Shown: piece after piece, positions 23,607 to 33,859 of the stretch
Layout: the number at the start of each line of letters is the position of its first letter
Numbering within the stretch: the stretch's first letter is position 1
NCBI GenBank assembly: GCA_002256025.1
Contig: NKIB01015123.1
Location: 1-38,119 of the forward strand
Length of the DNA stretch: 38,119 nt
Direction of reading: 5' to 3'
DNA from: Asterionella formosa
Lineage: Eukaryota
The notes under the pieces: generated by a model
Databases searched by the model: none
What the model saw: only the letters and a program-made list of their open reading frames with translations
What the model was told of the DNA's origin: nothing
Position numbers and translations under genes: made by a program

Positions 23607-25656
23607 ACTTGCTTCATTATTTTTTCTGGAGTATTATGAATCTGTTCAAATTCATTTGATCTTTGAGTGTATTCTAAGGAATCTTCGATTGATTTCATAA
23701 GTTTCTTCATCTTCTTTTCCGAAAACATAAAGTCGTGTAGTGTAAACAATGGAAGTAAGTCTCGTTTCTTGTTTGACTGATCCTTTCCATGAAATCAATG
23801 AAATGCCATTTGGAAAGTTGTCAAAGGGCCAGAAGACTATGATGTAAAACAGTGGAAGGGAAATGCGGAGCTTTTTGCAGCGCTTGTGGAGAAAGAACTG
23901 GTGTGATGGTTATCGAGTGTAGTAATTGTTGAACAGATCACAGTGTAATATGCATGTTCCGCCAGCGTAGTGTTTACACAATACACATGCCGGCATATAC
24001 CCATATATAGCTAAAACAAGGAAAGACGACACAAGAACAATGAATGTGATGGCTGGGTGTTGAGGATACCAGCATGTGATATGCATCAATCCATGTCACA
24101 AATCATATTATAGTGATGTACATATCAACGCATCCGTATACTTTGATCCTATCCACCTTATAATACTATCATATTAACTGTTGACTTTAACTGTATACAT
24201 TAAACGACAAACATATATATTAATTAACATACTTTATGATTGCTTGATTTATTTTCTATGATGTCTTGGTAACACTTGCGTACATATTTTATCGTATTTT
24301 ATTATCATTGTATTATTTTAACATAATCATATTTTGATCAAAATTATATCATAAACATTTTATAAAATCATCATAGTTCTATGAACAATGTATCATAGCT
24401 CTGTGATGTACTTTATTCAATATTACGTATCATACTTTGGTGATGTATGCATCGATGTAACCTTATCATGATATCACAGTATCATCTTATCAATCATGAT
24501 GAGATGATTGGGAAGCAACTGTATTCTGCATTGTGCTATAGGGTATATTATTATATCACGCAAACAGATATCAAATTTTTCCTACGAGCAAACAACAATG
24601 AAGAGAGCCACTTGCTTTCGCTCTCTTGATGGTATCAGAGATGCGGACAAGTTCAATAGTTAATTCAAGTACAGTATGCCAAATGCAGAAACGAGCGAGC
24701 GATATGAAAATGAAATTAATTCTAATCAGAATTATTCTATAACTATAGCTATGTGGACAGTAGTCTGTTACGCACATTTTCGTATCTCCTTCTATGCTGA
24801 ATCTCAATAGTAGATGTAGTATTATGTGAGAATTGAAAATGTCAACGAGAACACGTAGAATGTGTTTGTTTTCGGGTTGATTGGAGAGATTGTCATGCTG
24901 AAGTGGACGAAACGGATTTACTTTGTGCGCTGTGTGCGGAACCATTACGAGTTCGAATGATTTCTTCTCTGTAAAGTCTTAATTGAATGAACAAAGGTTC
25001 ACTGCACATGACGATTACTCGAAGATATAATGATCACTTGACCAACAAATTGAAGACGTTATCGCAAACATTCATTCTGCTTGTCATTGCTAGTATTTCG
25101 TTGTTGTTGCAAAAATCGGAGTGATGACGGATGGAAATGACGAGCCAAATTACATTACTTGAATTGGTACATTATCCTACCAAGAAATTCGAATACAGGA
25201 ATCAAATAGAAACAATACATATAATAATTAAATATATGTAGTCAAAAGGGTTACTATTTAAATTACAAAGGCATTTATCAAAATTATTAGATGATATAAT
25301 GAAAAATTATGATCAGATAATCACAATCCTATGATGCATCATGGAAATATGATAGTTTTTATTTGCAGACGAAATTATCATGTTGACACAGCTAACACTT
25401 TTAATGTTTTTCTTCAGTGCATGTTTAATACAAATCCATGGTTTAACCCTATGATGATGTCTGGTTAGGGTACTGTGCCAAGGGCCATACCTGCCGACTG
25501 TTATGAAATTGCCCAAGAAACTTTAGTGATCATGAACCCTCCTGTTGTTCAGCTAGTTGTCTTTGTGCCTAAAAAATCAGCAGAATGCTGAACAGATCGC
25601 CTTAACAGAAGCATTTGCGAAACTAGCAATGCTATGATTTTTATAACATATATATA

Positions 25657-27529
25657 GGAAAAAGATATTTCGTCCCCCTCTTTTGATTAACCGTTAAACC
25701 CTAGCCTACCAGTACATACTATGTTTTTTATATGAAGGCTAGTAGCCTTTATAGAAAACACCAATATGTTTTGCTACACGGAAATCAGTTGGCTCGATGA
25801 CACTACGGCTGCTAGTCATACAGGCCCACATGCACATCGTTGTGTTCGAATTGACTCTGATGGCCTCAACCAAAGCTGTCGGAGCCTATTGAGGACAACA
25901 CAGAGGAGGGACTGGATGGCCTTGTACATGTAATTCGATGATAAAGAGCGCATTTGCGCACTTGAACGATCACTCATTGACCCTCAGCATACATGATGTC
26001 AAGGCGAGATTGTTGTGGACCTCATCATCTTCGCCGGCTTCCATAAAAAGACCAACAGAGGGGAAGCGAGTGTACCTCCTCCCAACAATGTTGTGTCAAC
26101 TCAGGGTCAATCTTTGGGAAGCTAACAATGCAACAAATGGAATCATCAATGGATCTGATGATGCTCAGCTTGCAGTTCATTTGGACAATTTTTTGTGGGG
26201 TTGAGATACAGGAATATAGAGTGTTAAAAGCAAAAAATCGGTTGAATGAACATGAACTGCAATCAGCAAAGCGCAACCTGAACGACGCTCTAAGTCAAAT
26301 GATGAAGAACCGACGACCAGAAGAAATTGCACAAATCATGGATGCTTTGGAGAATGAAAGTGAAGATGAAACAGAAAACAACAGAGAAGATGAGAATGAC
26401 AGTTGTCACCTTAATTATGACAATGGTTTCGACTTTTCGCAGTCATTAGAAGAGGCAATTGAGGAGATAGTTGAAGAAGTAAAAGAACAAACTCATTACC
26501 ACAGTGATGACAGATCTAGAAGCGATGCAGAAAACGAAGGAGAATTTGATTGCAATTCTGACAATGGAGAAGTTGACCATGATGCTGAAACGAATGAATT
26601 GGTGTCTTTTGAAACAAGGTGCTGGATTTTATAGATCCCAAAGGCCCGTTGAAGCCCTTGCATGGTTGAAGAAAAAATATGAGGGACATGAGAACATTCA
26701 GGAAAATGTTGGTCATGACAAACTGACTAAACGAAGCTTGTATCGACAGGGACATTTACAAGTTCGATGGGATCTTTATCGATGAAAGTGACTGATGAAG
26801 TTGACAGGGACTTCGAAGGTGAAAGTGATAGTGATGAAGATGACAGTGACAACTATAGCTTGGACAGTTCCCCATCTTTCCATGATGCCATGACTAATGA
26901 CATTGTGTATCTACAAGATTCATCCTCATGCTGGGTCCTTCCAGATGCTAGCTACTTGCTTCAGAGTTGACTAAGCTCAACAATGGAAGGGATATGTTAT
27001 ATACACGGAAGTTTGGAGGAGTAGGACAACGACAATTTTATAGAATAGAAAATTCATTGCTGCTGTGGCAATTCGTAATGCTAAATAATGTCTAAATAAT
27101 GTAGGGGAGGGATAAATAAGTGCTGCTGTTAAAATTTTCGATTGAATTCCTCATCCAAGCAGAAGATGTATTGAATGAACATGAACGTGACAGTTACCCC
27201 ACATTCCTATCAGCAGGCACACGTGCTCCTGGCATAATAGTGGCCTGTCCTTATCTCTGTTCATAGTCTTCCTACAACTTACTCAGAACAATCTGTCCAC
27301 AAAAGATGCCGAAAATGTGTAAATCGTTGAGAGGCCAAGCTTCCCCGTGGTTGGAAAGTATTTCTGCTGCCAGTTCCATCATGATTGTAAGTGTCGTCAA
27401 GCCAACTGAGTTCCGTGTGACAAAAAAAATTGATGGTTTATATGAAGGCTATTATGTAAGATAGGCTACATACATACCGGTAAGGGTTTAAGGGTGGATC
27501 AAAAAGAGGGGGACGAAATATCTTTTTCC
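25657..27529. mobile_element. 1.87-kb element with long TIRs (Mutator- or Merlin-like), inserted in (TA)n
   Basis: Perfect 28-bp terminal inverted repeat GGAAAAAGATATTTCGTCCCCCTCTTTT, with imperfect similarity extending to ~150 bp (CACGGAA.TCAGTTGGCT.GA.GACACT at ~25777-25804 vs ~27390-27418). Both ends are flanked by TATATATA. Confidence 0.88.
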
Positions 27530-28370
27530 TATATATATATATATATTTATTAATTTATGATCACACATTGAATATTTCTTATGTCAGTCATTACCTGGAT
27601 AACATTTGTTGTTTACAGGATAAACTCAGGCTGGACATTGCCGCTATTGTAACGCGGGACATTTGAAAATGCAAAGATGGATTCAATCTTTGCCAAAGAA
27701 TGCACAAGCTGCATTGCATTTTATTCCCATTTCATTAGCAACTCAAAGATTGTTGGCTGCTGTGTATATACATGACATAAGATGAATGTTATTTGATCGC
27801 GATGGGTCCTGATCTTAAATCTATGAATGGATTGTACTTCAGGATATTTTGCTGTCCATTGAACTTTTATAATTAATATATACCATGCATAGCAGGTGTC
27901 TTTTCTTCCTTTGCCAGTACTCTTCCATAAAACATGATGCTCCCAATATTTAATCCGTCAGCTTTTATCCTGCAACAGAAGTACCTGGTCTTAATACATT
28001 CTGCGAGTTTGCCTATTTGTCCAGGCAGCAGGTTAAATTATGATGGACTTTGTACAAAATACCGTGTCCTGTATGGTGGATATATCAGTGTTTTCCGCAT
28101 GTCATTAATTCCTATAATGATACAGAACATTTTCATAATGGGTTGTTATACTATGTTGATACACCTGTGAAGAATTATTTTTACAAATGGAACATAAAGG
28201 TAACTATACAAATACGGAAAGCTGCTGTTATGACTGAAATAAATCTATTTAACCACAAGTCATCAAGTACGGGCCACAATTCCAACTGAAATTGTCTGTT
28301 GAAGAAACTGACTCATAGGGATATCGAGAAAAAACAACTGACTTCAAAAACAATTTCTTCAAAATTAAAA

Positions 28371-30275
28371 GGTGATTTAAGTGGAACTGGTCCATTTTCT
28401 GGTTACCTAGTATACCTCAACAAGCTTTTGAATCAATGAAAGTTGTTAGTTGCAGATGCGCTCATGCGTTATCATTTCCCTTCCTTATTTTTACTGATGC
28501 TTCTGAATATCAATTAGAGACAGTCATTATGCAAAATGATCTCCCGGTTGCTTATTATTCTCGCAAATTATCCTTTCCCAGAAATTTTTTTGCGATTATT
28601 GACAAAGCATTAATTTCTATCCTAGAAGCTTTCAAAGTATTTCGCTCTATGGTATTGAATGCGGTTCTACATGTCCACACTGATCATCGTAATTTTATCT
28701 ATTATACCCTACACACTCAACGTGTTCTCCAGTGGAGGCTTCATATTGAAGAATATCTTTTTACTTTTCACGATGTGAAAGATTCCCTCTCTCGCCTCCC
28801 GAGGCTTGAGACTTTGTTGGGGGGATGATATTGGGCCGAAATGTTCAGTATAAACATCCACTTCTACTTTCTCAATTGAATTAGATGATGAACATCTGTT
28901 TACCTGTTTCCTCAAGCATACAATCTTGGCAGACACTATTCAATATCCTCTGGATTATAGTTTAATACATGATACTAGACAATTATTGGTTATACAATTG
29001 ACAATTGATTCTCAATCAACAAATATATCCGTTAAAATTTCCCACTATCATTTTTCATGATATACATTTAATATGTTTTGTGAAAAATCCAGGAGATTTT
29101 TGGCGTATTGCTATTCCTACATCACTATTGGATTCTATTATAAATTGGTATCATCAGATGTTAACTCATGTGGGAATGATACACATTTTTATCATCCTAC
29201 ATTAAAAGCAAGAGTGGAACATATTGTAAGCATATGTGAAGCATGTCAAATCGCACAAAATTACCTGGTGTTGGTTTTGGTGAACTTCCGCCCAGGAATG
29301 CATTTTTATTACAATGGTAAGAAGTCACAGTGGATTTAATTGGTCCATGGAAGATAACAGTGGCTACACAAGCGATTGAATTTCGTGCACTAACTTCTGT
29401 TAACACAGTCACCAATATATTGCAATGACATTTGAAAATGATTACTTAGCCCGATATCCACGTCAAGAACATTGTATACATGAAAATGCAGGTGAATGTA
29501 CTGGTATCACTTTTTGCAAATGTCAGTGTTGAATGGAATTGAAGATGTAACTTCTACAATGCTAATGCTTTCTTTGAATGTTTACATCTATCTATCCATA
29601 ACAGTCTACGTGTTATGTTAAAGGCGCATCCTCCTAGTATTTATGAATTTCAAGCTCAAAATATTGTGGATACAGGTTTTGCGGATGCATCATATGTAGC
29701 TAGAGCTACTATTTATAGTACATTGCATATTTAACCAGGAGCATGGGTTTTCCAACGTGATTTGATATCAAATATTCCTTTGATTTCAGATTTGCAATTA
29801 ATATTTCAACGTGGACAAGTGATAATTGACGAATGTCTACGTCATGCTAATTTCCGTCGTCGCTCTTGTAATTACAAAGTGGGTGACGAGATTTTAATCC
29901 TGTTGGATAATCCTACTACCTTGGATGGCCGTGGATGAGGTCCTTATTCTATTATTCAAGTACATGCCAATGGTACCTTTAATCTTTAATGAATCATGCA
30001 TATTACGGAACGAATTGATATTCATCGCATCAAACCTTTTCATACTTGGTAAAAGCAGGTTTTCCCTTGGTGTGGGAGGGTGAGCGATCCTGCGCATCAA
30101 TACAGATTTATATAGGGTTAGAGTTATATCATATATATCAGAACGCAATAATGAGAGAACTCGACTAACCCTTATTATATACTTTGGTTTCGACTTGGAG
30201 AACCAGTTGCGCACAAGGATTAACTAATTAGCTCATATATTCAACAAATACTACTACTTCTAGTTAGATACTTCA
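28371..30275 (+). mobile_element. Gypsy remnant A (RNase H-integrase-PPT-3' LTR)
   Basis: IFTDASEYQL...VAYYSRKLS, VHTDHRN, DLIGPW. PPT GGGAGGG followed by LTR TG...CA at 30081-30275. Colinear with 34713-36602. Confidence 0.92.
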
Positions 30276-30702
30276 CCAAGTACCACCATACGATACAGTA
30301 CTCCTCCTGGTATATACCGGTACCAGATACCGATATGATACCGGTACAACCGGTTACCGGTACATAGTCGAGAGACGATATGACTAAGCACAAAAAATAG
30401 AAATAGGCATAGTGTTGGGTAATTTTGGAATAATTCTGTATGTATCATGTACAGCACTCTAATAGTATACTGGTACATATACACTGATTACAGTAGTTTT
30501 GTAGCTTCTGTTTCTTGCTTTATTTGTATAATAATAGCCTATCTATGAAATGGGACCCCTCTGTTCAACGATAATTGCAACCAAGTGTTAGTTTACTGCC
30601 TCTCATGAAGTGCAAGCTCCATTATTTCTCTGGCTGCTAGCAGCCTTTTTTCATTTGAAAATTATTCCAAACCCAATGGTTTATATTATATAGATATGTT
30701 CT

Positions 30703-31020
30703 GAGGGAATGGCTTTGTCGTTAAGCACATTGCCTTTGATCTGAGGTTGTGTGGCTCGATTCCCGCAATTTTCTTGAGAAGCAATTTTTGGGTTCAGCTC
30801 CCACACTCCTTACCATCCTGCACAGTCTTGCCGGGCTGGTGTGCAAGAAATAGTGCCCCCCCCCCCTCCTACAAGCAGCTTGTGCCGCCTTCCTAGTCAG
30901 TCGGAGTTTCTCCTAGTAATGCTGCGGCTAAGATAATCACCTTTCACAAAAGGTGGTTGGGGACTCACCTTTGCTAACATTGAAGCACATCAGGTCTTGT
31001 CAGCAGGTTAGCAAAATGAA
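30703..31020 (+). mobile_element. Putative tRNA-derived SINE or structured Pol III-type RNA
   Basis: tRNA-like head at ~30703-30774: acceptor-like AGGGAAT/ATTTTCT, D-stem GCTT/AAGC with A-box-like TGGCTTTGTCG, and B-box-like GGCTCGATTCCC. Three further hairpins follow. Confidence 0.55.
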
Positions 31021-31423
31021 AGACTTGCCAAAAATAGGGGAATATAGTAGTACTCCTTAGTACCACTTACGTTTCTCTTTTGGAGCTTTCCTGCTAAATA
31101 AACTAATTGACCTGCCTTCTTCTTGTCAATTAACACACTGCTTCCTCAATTGCTAATTCTAAAATTATAAGCATAACTAAATGTTTCCTTTCCATGCATC
31201 ATTGATTCCTAGCCACAAAGTCATTCTAAGAATCTCTTCAAATTTCCAGTTAACATTTCTATAGAAGTCGTTAATCTTTTATCTTGTTTGATTGGCGTGG
31301 CAATTCATGATTCGACTTATTGGAGTACGATTGAGTCCACAATCCTCATGACTCGAATCAATATTCTTATCAAGTATATCCGTACACACTATGTACAGTA
31401 TCCAGTTGTATTCTGTAGTAGTA

Positions 31424-32730
31424 CGTCTGCAAATAAAAACCATCATATTCCTATGATGCATCATAGGATTATGATCATATGATCATAATTTTTCGATACA
31501 TCATCTAACAATTTTGATAAATGCCCTCGAAAATTAAAAAGTAACCCTTTTTACTATGTATATTTGAATATTATATGTATTGTTTCTATTAGGTTCCTGT
31601 ATCTAATTTTCTTAGTAGGATAATATAGTACCAGCTAAAGTAATGTACTTTGGCTCATCATCTTCATCAGTCCTCACTCCGATTTTTGCAACAATGACGA
31701 AAAACTAGCGATGACGAGTGGAATGATTGTCTGCGATGACGTCTTAAATTGTTGGTCAAGTGATCATTATATCTTTGAGTAATCATCATGTGCAGTGAAC
31801 CTTATGATCATAATCATTCAAATAAGAGTTTATAGAGAAGAAATTGTACAAAGAAACTCGGAATGGTTCAGCACACAGCGCACATAGTACATCCGTCCTG
31901 TCAACCAGCATCACAATCTTGCCAATCAACTCGTAAAACAAACACTTGTTTTCGTTGTCATTTTTAATTCTCACATCCAACATCTACAATTGAGATTCAG
32001 CATAGAAGGCGAAACGAAAATGTAAGAGACTGTCCACATAGTTATAGTTATAGAATGATTCTGATTACGAAATTTTTTCACATCGCTCGTTTCCGCATTT
32101 GGGATGTTGTTCTTGTATTCACTGTTGAACTTGTCCAAATCTTTGTTACCATCAACAGAGGGACTAGTGGCTCTCATCATTACTATTTGCTCCTGGAAAA
32201 CCCGGTATCCGTTTCATCATCAATAGAGGGACGAGTGTCACTCATCATAATGCGATTTGCCACTGAAAAAATTGTTATCAGTATCGTCATTCGCTCGTTG
32301 GAACTGTCCGTTGCCTCAAACCTGCTTAGAGAGTGCGTATGTACACTGTCGACTTGTGTACATTACAGCAGTGACTTAGCTACTAAAGTGCATGTTATAA
32401 TATCATACTCCGTAGTACGATGCAGAATACAGTTCCCAATCAACATTGAATGATTGATAAGATGATTATGTGATATCACGATAGGGATACTTCGATACAT
32501 ACATCACCAAAATATGATACGTAATATTGACTAATGTTTATCACATAGATATGATACATTGATCATCAAACTATGATGATTTCTCAAAATGTTTATGATC
32601 TATTTCTAATCAAAATATGATCATGTTAAAATAATACAATGATAAAAAAATATGATGTATTGATAACACAAGTTTTATCAATACATCATAGAAAAAAGAT
32701 TGATTGATCATAAAGTATATATGTTAATAT
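31424..32730 (-). mobile_element. Inverted partial copy of the right arm of the 18717-25371 element
   Basis: Starts with the same TIR (CGTCTGCAAATAAAAACCATCAT). The reverse complement aligns with ~24215-25371 (shared LCALCAEP-coding segment) and has ~190 extra bases near 32200-32390. It ends at a (TA)n tract. Confidence 0.88.
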
Positions 32731-32759
32731 ATATATATATATATAGTAGAATAAGAAAA

Positions 32760-33760
32760 TTTTAAAGCATGCTTTTATTGAAATTCGAATCTAATGGAGT
32801 TTGTGGAGTTGCACTACTAGGGCCCAAATGGGCCCCAAAGGAATGATGAGTGAGGGTGAGTCCATTGAGGGACTCTTAGGGGTTCCAGACTAGGAATCAA
32901 ACATAGAGATGGCAAGCAAGGTCAAGGAGACCACATATGGCTCTTAGAGTGTGTATAGACCACCCAGTATAGGGAGGAACCGAGGGCAGAGAGGAAGGCC
33001 AATCAGGAAGTAGAAAGACATATTGAAACTACATGGCCATTTTGGAAGAATGAAATATTTGAAGGAGAGTCGAAAATGTTGACAAATTAATGAAAGTGGT
33101 AGCCTGATGAACAAGACATAAGGTGAGAGCAAGAGAAGGGTCTTGAGAGACACAGGACGTATATAGCAAACTGCATTGCTATTTCGGTGAATTTGAATTT
33201 GAATTGTGAATCCTGGCAATCAATTGCCAGGATGAAATGTAGGGCTGAAGAGTAGCTAAGGTAAGATCACATATGGTGGAATGGTGTTAAGGGCTGAGAG
33301 GAGTGATGATGTTGCATTGTGGTGGCCGGGGGTTGATGCCAAGGTATAACAGTGGTTTAGCAGTAGTGGCAAGGGAGTTGGCGCAGATGTCATTTGGAGT
33401 ATGGGGATGAACAAGCGCTTTTTGTTGTTGCTTGTGGACCGAAGCGGTTAGTGTGAATGTGTAAAGGGGGGTCGAGAGTAGTGGCCGGAGGGTCAGTTGG
33501 GCGAGACAGGGTAAAAGAGATTCAATAAAAGTGGAATTATACACCCAATTGGGACTTTACAGTTTCGAAAGAAGTTTCAAATGTAGACTTGGAGGATTCA
33601 AGAGAGGATTTGCACGGGAGATGAACAGTAGTGAAGGAGACAGTGTCAGCTATAGAAATATCAGGAGGAGCAGGAGGGGGAGGAGCAGCATGGGCGGAGA
33701 GCGCCATGGCCAAGGGTGATTGAAGCAGCAGCAGCAGCAGCGCCGCGGAAACGGCTGTAG
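32760..33760 (-). pseudogene. Pyrimidine-rich coding remnant with probable OTU-like protease domain
   Basis: Frameshifted reading GFTIQ...RNSN...(W)GGLYTL/RAICGLLDLACHLYV...IRFEF..H resembles the OTU pattern DGNC...WGG..E+.A+..L....I.V...HY. Strong strand asymmetry suggests retroelement origin. Confidence 0.35.
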
Positions 33761-33859
33761 GCCGTGTACCAGAGTAGTATAAATAATAGAGGGTAGTAAC
33801 CCGGAAAGTTATATGTTGCGTTTGGATAAAAGTAATATATATGTATATATATATGTATA

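Larger units (their letters stand above)
18717..25371. mobile_element. 6.65-kb multi-ORF TIR DNA element, non-autonomous, related to the CACTA/Plavaka-like element
   Basis: Terminal inverted repeats CGTCTGCAAATAAAAA(G/C)TATCAT at 18717-18739 and 25349-25371 (22 of 23 match). AT-rich subterminal regions are dense in TGAT/ATCA. It carries an ORF2 paralog. No clean TSD is visible. Confidence 0.75.

Noticed and set aside
30703..30774. Functional tRNA gene
   Set aside because: The anticodon stem does not pair and the T-loop and D-loop consensus are mutated.
30860..30935. Twister or HDV-like ribozyme
   Set aside because: Only isolated words (ACAAGC, TAATGCTGC) match; the required pseudoknot pairings could not be built by eye.
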